In this document: in pieces, positions 1-11,284 of the stretch
Numbering within the stretch: the first letter of the stretch is position 1
How the letters are laid out: each line of letters opens with the position of its first letter
Assembly: GCF_028641065.1 (NCBI RefSeq)
Contig: NC_073397.1
Location: 12,648,001 to 12,712,000, forward strand
DNA from: Leucoraja erinacea
Taxonomy: Eukaryota
DNA: 64,000 bases
Direction: 5' to 3'
The notes under the pieces: model-generated
What the model saw: the letters and a program-made list of their open reading frames with translations, nothing else
The model's database searches: none
Told to the model about the DNA's origin: nothing
Program-made: the position numbers and the translations under genes

Positions 1-956
1 AGGGGTATTAGTACATGAATCACTGAAAGTTAGTATGCAGGTGCAGCAAGCAATCAGGAAGGCCAATGGAGTTTTGGCCTTTATTGCTAGGGGGATTGAG
101 TATAAAAGCACGGAGGTCTTGCTGCAGCTGTACACAGTATTAGTGAGACCACATTTGGAATACTGTGTACAGTTCTGGGGTCCATACTTAAGAAAGGATG
201 TACTAGCCCTGGAGGCAGTGCAGCGAAGGTTTACAAGATTAATTCCTGCAATGAGGGGATTGACATATGAGGAAAGGTTAAGTAGGCTGGAACTCTACTC
301 TTTGGAGTTTAGAAGAATGAGAGGCGATCTCATTGAAACATATAAGATCGTGAGGGGCCTTGATCGGGTGGATGCACCGAGGATGTTCCCAATGATCGGG
401 GAAACTAGAACTAGGGGACATAGTTGCAGAATAAGGGGGGGCTCTTTTAAAACTGAGATGAGGAAGAACTTCTTCACCCAGAGGGTGGTTCATTTATGGA
501 ATTCACTGCCCCAGGGAGCAGTGGAAGCAGAAACTTTAAATATATTTAAGACTAAAATAGATGGTTTTTTAGCTGCCAAGGGGATAAGGGGCTACGGGGA
601 GAGGGCAGGGATATGGACCTAGGTATGGTTAGTATAGTAAGACCTGAGTGATCTCCTGGACAAGTGTCGATCGCCTAGATTGGGGTCGGAGAGGAATTTC
701 CCGGATTTTTTTCCCGAATTGGACCTGGGTTTTTATCCGTTTTTTTGCCTCCCCCAGGAGATCACGAGGTTCTTGGGGTGGAGAGGGGTGATAGCGGTAT
801 AAAGGGGAGGGTAGTGTCTTGTGTTCTGTGTCTTGTGTCTACTGTTTGTGGGTAAGTGTGTCTGTTTAGTGTTCAGCCATGAGCGAATGGCGGTGCGGGC
901 TCGATGGACCTGGTGGTCTGCTCTCGCACCTACTTTCTATGTTTCTATGTTTCTAT
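1..956 (+). mobile_element. CR1-type LINE 3' end (ORF2 C-terminal region 35-622, long 3' UTR, (TTCTATGT)n tail)
   Basis: ORF 35..622 has CR1 ORF2 C-terminal motifs (LVRPHLEYCVQFW, RGDLIETYK, FFTQRVV.LWNSLP); ends in tttctatgtttctatgtttctat at ~934-956. Confidence 0.92.
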
Positions 957-2735
957 CCCCTCATCCTTCTAAATTCCAGTGAATACAAGCCCATTCCTTC
1001 CATTCTTTCATCATATGACAGTCCCGCCATCCCGGGAATTAACATCGTGAACCTACGCTGCACTCCCTCAATAGCAAGAATGTCCTTTCCCAAATTAGGA
1101 GACCAAAATTGCACGCAATACTCGAGGTGTGGTCTCACCAGGGCCCTGCACTACTGCGGAAGGACCTCTTTGCACCTATACTCGAATCCTCTCGTTATGA
1201 AGGCCAACATGCCATTAACTTTCTTCACTGCCTGCTGCACCTGTATGCTTACTTTCAGTGACTGATGTACAAGGACACCCAGATCTTGTTGTACTTCCCC
1301 TTTTCCACCACTCAGATAATAATCTGCCTTCTTGTTCTTGCCTCCAAAGTGAATAACCTCACATTTGTCCACATTACACTGCATCTGCCATGCATCTGCC
1401 CATTCACCCAACCTATCCAAGTCACCCTGCATCCTCATAGCATCCTCTTCACAGTTTGCACTGCCACCCGGCTTTGTGTTATCTGCAAATTTTCTAATGT
1501 TACTTTTAATTNNNNNNNNNNNNNNNNNNNNNNNNNNNNNNNNNNNNNNNNNNNNNNNNNNNNNNNNNNNNNNNNNNNNNNNNNNNNNNNNNNNNNNNNN
1601 NNNNNNNNNNNNNNNNNNNNNNNNNNNNNNNNNNNNNNNNNNNNNNNNNNNNNNNNNNNNNNNNNNNNNNNNNNNNNNNNNNNNNNNNNNNNNNNNNNNN
1701 NNNNNNNNNNNNNNNNNNNNNNNNNNNNNNNNNNNNNNNNNNNNCCACTGGTCACTGCTTGTCATTTAGAAAGGGACCCATTAATTCCTGTTTCCTGTCT
1801 GCCAACCAATTTTCTATCCATGTCAATACCATGTGCTCTAATTTTGCCCAAAATCTCCTGTGTGGGACCTTATCAAAGGCTTTCTGAAAGTCCAGATATA
1901 CCACATCCACTGGCTCTCCCATATCCATTTTACATGCTACATCCTCAAAAAATACAAGAAGATTCGTCAAGCAAGTTTTCCCCTTCCTAAATTCATGCTG
2001 ACTTGAACCGATCCTGTTACCGCTATCCTAATGCGCCGCTATTGCATCTTTAATAATTGGCTCCAGCATCTTCCCCACCACAGATGTCAGGCTAACTGGT
2101 CTATAATTCTCTTTTTCCCTCCTTTCTTAAAAAGTGGGAAAACATTAGCTATCCTCCAATCCCCAGGAATCTATAGAACATTGGAAAATGATCACCAATG
2201 CGTCCACGATTTCTAGAGCCACCTCCTTGAGTACCCTGGGATGCAGACCATCAGGCCCTGGGGATTTATCAGTCTTCAGTCCTGTCAGTCTACCCAACAC
2301 TGTTTCCTGACATGTGAATTTCCTTCAGTTCCTCTGCCCCCCCCAGATCTTCTGTCCCCTCATACTCCTGGGAGATTGGTTCTGTCTTCATTAAGAAAGA
2401 CACAAACAAAGTACCTGTTGAACTCGTCTGTCATTTCCTTGTTCCTCATAATAAATTCATCTGTTTCTGTCTTCAAGGGACCCACATTTGTCTTAACTAA
2501 TCCTTTCCTTTTCAAATACCTAAAGAAGCTTTTACTATCTTCCTTTATATTTTTGGCTAGATTCGTATGTCAACTTTTCTCCCCGTATTGTCTTTTTAGT
2601 TACCTGCTGTTGTTCTTTAAAAGTTTCCCAATCCTCTGGCTTCCCGCTCATCTTTGCTATGTTATACGTCTTTTAGTTTTATACTGTCCTCGACTTCCCT
2701 TGTGAGTCACGGTCGCCTCTTACTCCCCTTAGAAT
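957..2735 (-). mobile_element. Decayed CR1-type LINE ORF2 (RT) fragment
   Basis: Minus-strand fragments RPHLEYCVQFWSP, KFADNTK, VDVVYLDFQKAFDKVPH; frameshifted; interrupted by the N gap. Confidence 0.9.
1512..1744. other. Assembly gap (233 N)
   Basis: Run of N. Confidence 1.
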
Positions 2736-4804
2736 TTTCAGATGATTTTTTTCCGTTCATCTGTATTAACTGACAGTTTTGAATGTAACTTCCAAAATAT
2801 TGAAGACAGGATCCATGTTTCATGTTTGAATTTTGCTTAATTTACACGTGCTCAATGTTGTAATAACATTCAGATGATGTTCAGAACAATTTTTTGCTAC
2901 TTAACAGCAGGTTGAAGTCTTGGGGATGGTGGCCTGGATTTTTATTCAGTACTTGACTGTGATTGCCATTGATTTTGCATATTGAGATTGTGTAAATGCT
3001 TTTTAATGAGGGGCGAACGTTCCTTTGGGATGAAGACCAGGGAATATAGGGTTGAATGATAAAAGCATAGTATAGTACGTGGCTGGCTTGACAAGGCCCC
3101 ACAACAAAACAGAAGGAAAAATGCTTCTGATAGCTGGCAAAGCCACGCAACTCATAAAACTGACATGATGTCATTTATAAATCTCTGACACTCAAATACT
3201 TAAAATATATTCAAATCCCAATAGTAAAGAAGTTTAACATTTTTTTTAATTGATCCTTAAAATACTTCACCCAAAACAGAACCAGAGAGAAACAAATGCA
3301 GTATCTATGGTTGTGAAATATGTGGGCTGACATTTCATGTCTGGACCTTGCAATCCAGACTACAATCCACATCTCCTCTGAAAGTGCTGCTTTACCCATG
3401 AGGTTCTTCCAGTGATCTGTTTTTTGTTCCAGCATCTGTAGTCTCTTTTGTCTTCTTTCTTGCAATACTTAACCTTGCAACTCTTTAAAATAATCAAATG
3501 AGCATCTAAACTTGATTAATTAAAAAATGTAAATCTCCTCGTATTCATATTTCGTTAGACGTCCCTTTACATAAAAAAAAAGGGGACGCTATACTTGTTT
3601 CAGTTCTAGCCTAATACAAGTATTGCTGGTGGATTTCCCCTCTGTATATTGCAAAGCACAGCTGGTAGATCCTGGTGAATGGCAAGCAAAATGTTTAAGA
3701 CTTTGAGAATCACACCCACGTGTGCAGTAATTCCAAACCTGGTTGCAGTTATGTGGCAGAATATTGCCAGTACTTCCTGCAAAGTCTGAGCCAGTATATT
3801 TCTGTAATGGGCATATCAAGTTGCTCGAAAGGAGTTGGCTGACATGTTGCACTCTTGGAACAAATGGTCACTTCTCTGGAGATGGTCTTGCCTTGCTGAA
3901 TGCCAGTATCTAGAGAAATGGAGGGTACAAAATTGGATTGAGATTGGACAGTGGGGTGGATAATGGGCTTTATGTACCCCCAACACACGCCATCTTCCCT
4001 GAATCTTATGGGTTTGAAATGAAAGCTCAAATACTGGTGATCAGGGTCACAGTATAAAAATCCATCTTGCCCTGATAATATTTTCTGAATCCTGAGTGAA
4101 AACTAAATTTGTGTCGTGCCACTGTTCTGTGCCTGCATACTAGGAGTTTTCCATAGGCGGACCGGAGTCGATGAAATATGTGGTTGCTATAGGAACAGAC
4201 TGCAGAATGCAGCCTCAAGGTCGGTCAGTTATGACAGTGATCGGTCTGCTCAATGTGGAGGATTGTAATAGCTGCATTTGAACAGTTTTTGGAATGTTTC
4301 TGTGCCAGAGATTCGTTGTGCACACTACATGTAAAATTCAGTTTGATAAAAATAGTAGATGTTGCCTTTCATGCCACCAACTTGGGCCCCAGTTTGCAGA
4401 TATGCGTGAAAATAGAACAGAGCAACGACAAAATTGTGCAGAATTTAGATCAGGAACCATAGATTTTACACTATTCCACATAAAGAATTCAATTTTAAGT
4501 TTCATTTGAAGGTATTAAAAAATGAATTTTAAGGATATTCTGGAATTTTGTTTAAATAACAATTCATTTTAGATTATTCTAAAATATGGCAATAAAACCA
4601 AATAGCCTCTATATTCAGTGGAAGCACGAGATGTGTATGTTTGGTGGGTATTTTATTATTAGGCAGAATCTCATTCTGAGATGTTGAAAATTTCAGCTGA
4701 TCTTTGTAATGATTCTTCAGTGCTTTGTTTCATTAATGTAGTTATCTTTACAAAGCTCTGTCACATTGTTAATGAATGCATTTCAGTGGCCTGGATTGTC
4801 ATTT

Positions 4805-5335
4805 CCGTTCAGTTAAGTATATTGTCACGTGTATCGAGGTGAAAAGCTTTTGGGTGTTAACCAGCCAGAGGAAAGATGATTATAGTTGAGCCATTCAGTG
4901 GACAGATACATGATGAGGGAGTGACGTTTAGTGCAAGGTAAAGCCAGGAAAGTCCGATGAAAGATAGTCCAAAGGTCCCCAATGAGATAGATAGTAGTTC
5001 AGGTCTGCTCTCTGGCTGTGGTAGGATGGTTCAGTTGCCTGAAAACAGCTGGGAAGAAACTGGCCTTGAATCTGGAGGAATGTGTTTTCACACTTCTATA
5101 CCTTTTGTCTGATGGAAGAGGGGAGAAGAGGGAGTGGCCATGGTGTGACTCGCCTTGATTATGCTGCCCGCCCTGTGAAATATAAATTGAGTCAATGGAA
5201 CGGCGGTTGGCATGTGTGATGGTCTGTGCTCCATCTGCAATTTCTTGTGGTCTTGATGGAGCTGTTCCTAAATCAAGCTGTGATGCATCCTGATAAAATG
5301 CTTTCTAAGGTGCATCTGTCGAATTTGGTGAGGTT
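4805..5335 (-). mobile_element. Rex1/L2-like LINE 3' fragment
   Basis: Start matches the reverse complement of the tail cactgtacctcggtacacgtgacaataaac seen at ~51690; decayed coding-like sequence follows; boundaries approximate. Confidence 0.6.
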
Positions 5336-5839
5336 TTCCCCCTATTCTGAACATAAGCAGAGCCCATAAAGAAATAATATAGATTATGTTTTGTGTTCGA
5401 ATGCCTTTTGAACAGTAGGTTGTGATAAGCTTTCGTCTATTGATTTAAAATTTCTCATTGCAACTATGCAGCGCTTTTTATAAAGTTATGCTGATCAAAA
5501 TGGGTGAATGTGACAAGCAGAAGGATGCAACCAAAATCAAAGTGGTTATCGTCTGAAATTAAAGAAATAAGGCACAAATTGAACTTTTGAATATAGCTTG
5601 TATGGTTAGTTGAATTCAAATATTTTCAAAGCTTGGGTAATGTTTCCAAAGGAATAGTGTTTCTTGTTCATATTTTAAGTTTAGTACAGCTAGAGATATG
5701 AGACCATGCGTATGCTCACCAGCAGAGCACATTCAAAAGATGCTCTGGTGCTTTGAGTTTATACTGCCAATGCCTTGAGTCAAATGTTGCAACTTGCCAA
5801 TTTTTTTCCCTAAGAGTTCTTCTGAAGCTTTCCGATACT

Positions 5840-5965
5840 TTTCTTCTGAAGAAGGATCCCAATCTGAAACATCGCCTGTCCATTTCCTCCACAGATGCTG
5901 CCTGACCCACAGAGTTTCTCAAGCACTTTGTTTAGCTCATGATTCCAACAGCTGCAATTCCCTGG
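5840..5965 (+). mobile_element. Penelope-like pLTR fragment with degenerate hammerhead core
   Basis: ctgaagaaggatcccaatctgaaacatc followed by cagatgctgcctgaccc, as in other copies in the window. Confidence 0.7.
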
Positions 5966-6199
5966 GTCTCAGGGCATTTATAACAATGTGGGGGCACTTG
6001 AATCTGGGAATATCTTTTCATATGTTGCGGTGGGACCCTTAATATGCAGATAATTCCAGTCTACCTTTTATTTTTCGTATGGGTGTGTGTTTTGAATAGC
6101 TTTATAAAACAATTTTCAATTGAACTGAGTTTCAGAAAGAAATGTACAAATCCGGTGAAAGAGTGATTCATTTGCATTTCTTTTTGAGTTTTGACACTG

Positions 6200-6682
6200 A
6201 TCTTGACACTGTGTTTACATGTATGTTTTTAATGTTTCTTTGTGTGTCTTGTGTGGGGAGGGGTAAGGGGGAAACCGTTTTGGTCGCCTCCTCCATGGAG
6301 AGGCGACTTTTTCCATGTCGCCTCCCCCGTGGCCTAACATCGAGGATCGGCGCGGCCTTTCCCGGAAAATAGCCTGGGGCTTCAGCGGCGGGCACAGCGC
6401 GGACTCTCGTCGCGGAGGGGAGTGCTCCGTTTGCTGGCCCGCGGCAGCCTGAAGCCGCGGTCTGCAGAGCTCCAGCCGGTGCGGCATCCACTGCCTGGGA
6501 TCCCTCGTGGGGGACCCGGGAGGAGAAAAAGATCTGACCGCGCGGCCAACTTTTACCGCAGGCGCAGCGGGGACTTACCATCAGGAGCGGGGTCTCTCGC
6601 CGGGGACCCCTGGAGAGGAGCTCTGACTGCTGGCCCTGCAGTCTGCGGTGCTTCTGGCTGCGGCGTGGCGGGAACTTTAAAT
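6200..6682 (+). repeat. Unclassified GC/CpG-rich interspersed repeat abutting a CR1 fragment
   Basis: Abrupt high-GC block in an AT-rich background; hairpin gtcgcctc-ctccatgga-gaggcgac; orientation uncertain. Confidence 0.5.
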
Positions 6683-7246
6683 CTTCTGCAGTTGTTCAGG
6701 GCCCTGGTGACACCACACCTGAAGTATTGTGTGCAGTTTTGGTCTCCAAATTTGAGGAAGGACATTAGTTGAGGGAGTGCAACATAGGTTCACGCGGTTA
6801 ATTCCCGGGATAAGTTGAATGGAGCGCCTGGGCTTATATACACGGGAATTTAGAAGGATAAGAGGGGATCTTATTAAAACATATAATATTATTAAGGGAT
6901 TAGACACGCTAGAGGCAGGAAACATGTTCCCGATGTTGGGGAAGTGCAGAACCAGGGGCCACAATTTAAGAATAAGGGGTAGGCCATTTAGAACAGAGAT
7001 GAGGAAAAACATTTTCACCCAGAGAGTTGTGAATCCGTGGAATTTTCTGCCTCAGAAAGCAGTGGAGGCCAATTCTCTGGATGCTTTCAAGAGAGAGTTA
7101 GATAGAGCTCTTAAAGATAGCGGAATCAAGGGATATGGGGAGAAGGCTACTGATTGTGTATGATCAGCCATGATCGCAGTGTATGGCGGTGCTGGCTTGA
7201 AGGGCGGAATGGCCTACTCCTGCACCTATTGTCTCTTGTCTATTGT
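6683..7246 (+). mobile_element. CR1-type LINE 3' fragment
   Basis: LLQLFRALVTPHLKYCVQFWSP; ORF 6819..7163 RGDLIKTY...FTQRVVNPWN; ctattgt-type tail. Confidence 0.9.
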
Positions 7247-7589
7247 GTAATGCAAATTTGTTTTTACTGAAACACCCAATAACATTGTAGCTGTTTGAGG
7301 AACTATTGTACTTTGTGGGAATGGGAAATATAGGATTTTTTTTTTTGTGACCAATGAAATTGTATTATTGATGGCCTTCATTTGCCATTTCAAAGTTATC
7401 TAGTTCCAAAACAAGTTATAGTTCAGTTTGTACAATAGATACAATCTCTATTCCGTGACAGCATAATAAGATGTAGAGAGAGGATGTATTGTTAGTTTGT
7501 AGCTTCTGACAAAATATTAAATAGTTTGTGACCCAGAGGATGTTAGTTGTATGAATAAAGAGGGACATAATGTACACATGCCCTACACC

Positions 7590-8665
7590 ACCTCCCTCAA
7601 CAACAGTCCTTTCAATTGAAAGAGGTTTGCATTCACCCCCTCCAACCGTGTCTATTGTATTTTGACGCTCTTGATGTGGCATCCTCCACATCAGTGAGAT
7701 CGTGAGACTAGGTGATCACTTTGCCGAACACCACTTTGTCAGTCAGCGCCAACTTGAGTACCTGGTTGCTTGTCATTTTAATTCCCATTCCCAACCAGTC
7801 TGTCCTGTACCACCTCTGTTGCCGGAGTGAGGCCACACACAAACTGGAAGAATAATGCCTCGTATTCTGTTTGGCAATCTTACAGCCCAACGGGATGAAC
7901 ATTGAATTCTCTAATTTCAGGTAACCACTCCTCTCATCTACCCAGGTTTTGATTTTTCCCATCCCCACACGCTCTCCTTTCTTTCCAGTGCTCCCTCCGC
8001 CCCGTCACCCAATTCCTTTCCCCTCCTCCATCTGTTTATCTCCTCAACCTACACCTTCCTAATCTTTCTGCCATTTGCACCCGTTTGACATCCACTTATC
8101 CCCTCCAGTCTTAGTTACCATCTTTATTTAAGGAAAATCACATTTCTCTTCCTGATTTGACTCGTCTGCCAATCAACCCCACTTCACTTAGGGGCGTTAC
8201 GGTGGCACAGCGGTAGACTTGCTGCCTTACAACGCTTGCAGCGGGTTCGATCCCGACATGGGGTGCTGTCTGTAGGAATTTGTACCTTCTCCCCGTGACC
8301 GTGTGGGTTTTCGCTGAGATCTTCGGTTTCCTCCCACACTCCAAAGACGTACAGGTTTGTAGTTAATTTGCTTGGTGTATGTGTTAATTGTCCGTAGTGT
8401 TAATGTGCGGGGATCACTGTTCGACGCTGACCCGGTGGGCCGAAAGACATGTTTCTGTGCTGTTTCTCTTAACTAAACTTGGATCCACCTGTTAAGTGCT
8501 AGCTCTTGACAACCCCTACCCCTACCCCTCTTTCTACAGCTATTTTCCCTCCACTCCATCAGCCTACAGAGAGGTCCTGACCCGAAACTTGAGTACCTGG
8601 TAGACCCGTTGTCTAGTAATTTCCGTTAGCAGTTGCTGGGTGATCCCCTGAGTTCCCGCAACTGT
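7590..8665 (+). mobile_element. Decayed Penelope-like 3' fragment (GIY-YIG region plus pLTR), interrupted by a SINE
   Basis: Similar to 38740-39050 (ggtgatcactttgccgaacac, cattcccaacc..tctgtcct, attgaattctctaatttcaggtaa); degenerate core gacccgaaac at ~8579. Confidence 0.65.
8191..8480 (+). mobile_element. tRNA-derived HE1/V-SINE-type SINE
   Basis: A-box-like ggtggcacagcggtag, B-box gggttcgatccc, V-domain-like cttcggtttcctcccacactccaaagac, ctaaa tail. Confidence 0.85.
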
Positions 8666-8929
8666 TTTTTAAATGCTGGATACTGGCAGGTAGATGGGTC
8701 TTGAGTGATGAGCCAACGTCAGATTGTGGCACAGGGATAATCTAGCCTTTACAGTGAACTCTATTGATAATTAATGACATCCTCGGAATTCGCTGGACAG
8801 ATGTAATCCTTGATGGGGAAAGGGACTGGATGTTTTGGTGCTGGAGTTATGTTTGGTGCTGGAGTTATGTCCTTTTTTTCTCTCATTGACTATGTAATCT
8901 TGCAAGGGTTGAGAGTGAAAAGAGAATTA

Positions 8930-9187
8930 AAGGTTTCAAAGGTATTTTATTGCCACGTGTACCAATTAAGTACGGTGATATGCAAATTACCATACAACCA
9001 TACTAAAAAAAAAGCAACAAGCCACACTCATAATAGTTAACAAAAACATCCACCACAGCATATTTCTCACTGTGATGGAAGGCAATAAAGCCAAAACTTC
9101 TTCCTCGTTATTCTCCCGCGGTCGGGGCAGTCGATCGATCCGTCAGGGCGATCGAAGCTCCTGCAGCCGCCGGTCGAAGCCCCCGCA
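8930..9187 (-). mobile_element. 3' end of a LINE-tailed GC-rich non-autonomous retroelement
   Basis: Tail-like aaggtttcaaaggtattttattgccacgtgtacc followed by GC-rich gatcgaagc repeats. Confidence 0.45.
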
Positions 9188-9282
9188 TTTTATGAGTATA
9201 AGATTCAAAGTGGGACAGTGATAGGGAAATTTATCATTGTTTCTCAGACTTGCAGGTATTTTGTTGAGCTCCTTTTTGGTGT

Positions 9283-9602
9283 AGCTTAGAGATTCAGCGT
9301 GGAAACAAGCTCTTCGGCCCACTATCCCGACCAGAGATCTCCGTACATTAGCACTTTCCTACACACCAGAGACAATTTACAATCTTTACCAAAGCCAATT
9401 AACGTACAAACTTGAACATCTTTGGAGTGTGGGAGGAAACTGGAGCTCCCGGATAAAACCTACACAGTCAAGGAGAGAACATACAAACTTCGTACAGGCA
9501 GCACCCGTAGTCAGGATTGAACCCGGGTCTCTGGCGCTTTAAGGCAGCAACTCTACTGCTGCACCACCAAGCCGACCCTCCACTGTGCCACCATGCTGCC
9601 CT
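9283..9602 (-). mobile_element. HE1/V-SINE-type SINE with duplicated head
   Basis: tttggagtgtgggaggaaac, ttgaacccgggtc, gcagcaactctac; head motif (gcaccacca / gtgccaccatgc) present twice. Confidence 0.85.
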
Positions 9603-10318
9603 TGTTGAATTATTTGTAACTTTAAATTATTAATACGTTTATTGTTCTTTATTAAAACAACCATTATAACAATATTAAGAAAAAACACAGCTTTAGTACC
9701 TGAATTGGTGCTGTTTTCCCCCCACCTCTGGACGAACAAGCAGTAAGGAGAAGTTTTGGAGACGCCACTAAAGCCGTCCTACTCATTTTCAGCATTCTAC
9801 CCTTTGCTCGTGCCGTCGATCTTAATCTCCAGCTTTTCTTCTGCTCCATGTACTCCATGCTGAGCTAACTAGAGTTGAATTCTGAACTAGTGCTGGGGTG
9901 AGAAGTTGTGACTTTGTGTCTGCAAACAGCATTTGGCACTTCTGGTTATGTCCCAAACTAAGCTCCAGTTATGGATCTTGGAGACTGACCACAGGCAGAG
10001 TCAAAAACAATTAACTGCTATGTTGTCAGCTCAGGAATTCTACCTACTTTTGGTTGCACACTATCATTGTGTGTCGTCATGTTTTGCAGTCTCCAGAGAA
10101 GAAATATTAGTCTTGTACTCCCCTGTAGGGAACTTTAAACTGTAGTTGAAGGTGTTATGGTGTTTTTAGGTAAAGTGCTATGGGTACAGGGGTTAGGCCA
10201 CTAATCGGGGAATTTCAGCTTCATAGCGCTGTGTAATATGATAAGCAAAGTAGTGAAAATTAAGAGGTAAGCATACTGAAAGTATTGCCTTCCTCTAAAC
10301 TGTAAGCTACTGATGGTA

Positions 10319-11284
10319 CAGGTGCACAACCTTTTATCCGGTGTTCCGGAAACCGAAAAACTCCGAAAACCGGCCATTTTTTCCAGATGTCGTCTGCGCA
10401 CCAAAGCTCGCGTTTGGTGCCAAACTTGACCCGAAACGACCCACGGTCAACCCAGGTCTGTACTACTGTAGCGGCTGCCCCCTCCCCGGAGACCGGGAGA
10501 CGCTTAAACATCTGTAAATCATTGCCTAAATGTTAGTCAGTTAGTTTGGAGGGCTTTTATGTGAAGGGGGGTGAAGGGGTAAACTTTAATTCTTAGCCCC
10601 CTACCTAGTCGGAGAGGCGGGGAGCGGTCAATGCCTTACCGGGTCGCCGTGCAGTAAGCTCCGCAGCGCTGTGGCTGGTGGGGCTGCGGGCGGCGCCGGT
10701 TGTAGCTCCGACCCCGGCAACTCTACCCCTGGCTGCGAGGCGCTCCAAATCCAGCGTGGCCCGCGGCCGCACGCCCCAGCTCCGCGAATGTCGGGAGTCG
10801 GCGGCGTCGCAGCGCTGGGATAGCAATGCCTTACCGGGTCGCCGTGCGGCAAGCTCCGGAGCGCTGTGGCTGCCGACTCCCAACGTTCGCGGAGCGTCGC
10901 TGGATTTGGAGCCGCGCAGCCAGGGGTAGAGTTGCCGGGGTCGGAGCTCCAACCGGCGCCGCCCGCGGCCGGACGGAGCCCCCAGCTCCGCGAGGTTGGG
11001 AGTCGCCGACCAGGTAGGGGACTAAGAATTAAAGTTTCTCCCTTCACCCCCACTCCACCACCACCACCACATAAAATCCCTCCAAACTAACTGACTAACA
11101 TTTATGCAATGATTTACAATGATTCTCCCGGTCTCCGGGGAGGAGGCAGCTGCTCCAGACTTTTCAAGCCGCCCGCGCTACCTACCTAATCTACGCTAAA
11201 AATGTTCCATTCGGAAATCCGAAAATGTCAGAAATCCGACAAGTGTCTGGTCCCAAGGCTTTCGGATAAAAGGTTGTGCACCTG
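10319..11284. mobile_element. Non-autonomous Tc1/mariner-superfamily (pogo/Tigger-like) MITE, copy 1
   Basis: TA TSD (10317-18, 11285-86); terminal IR caggtgcacaaccttttatccg; second copy at 47358-48328 in opposite orientation. Confidence 0.9.

Noticed and set aside
1151-1990. Long ORFs spanning runs of X
   Set aside because: Artefacts of the N gap.
6270-6360. Possible HDV-like ribozyme in the GC-rich repeat
   Set aside because: A hairpin is present, but the nested double pseudoknot could not be assigned.
8191-8265. tRNA-like A/B boxes
   Set aside because: SINE head; no complete cloverleaf.
8704-8800. C-box-like gtgatga as a possible snoRNA
   Set aside because: No suitably placed D box or terminal stem.
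8832-8870. Short tandem duplications (also 56789-56825 and ~24942-24978)
   Set aside because: Ordinary slippage duplications.
9664-9858. Minus-strand ORF MEYMEQKKSWRLRS... with a possible donor CAG|GTACTA near 9700
   Set aside because: No recognisable homology or partner exon; it could be a first exon but cannot be supported from sequence alone.
10201-11090. Overlapping Ala/Arg/Pro-rich ORFs, repeated at 47542-48372
   Set aside because: By-product of the GC-rich MITE; open on both strands with no domain.
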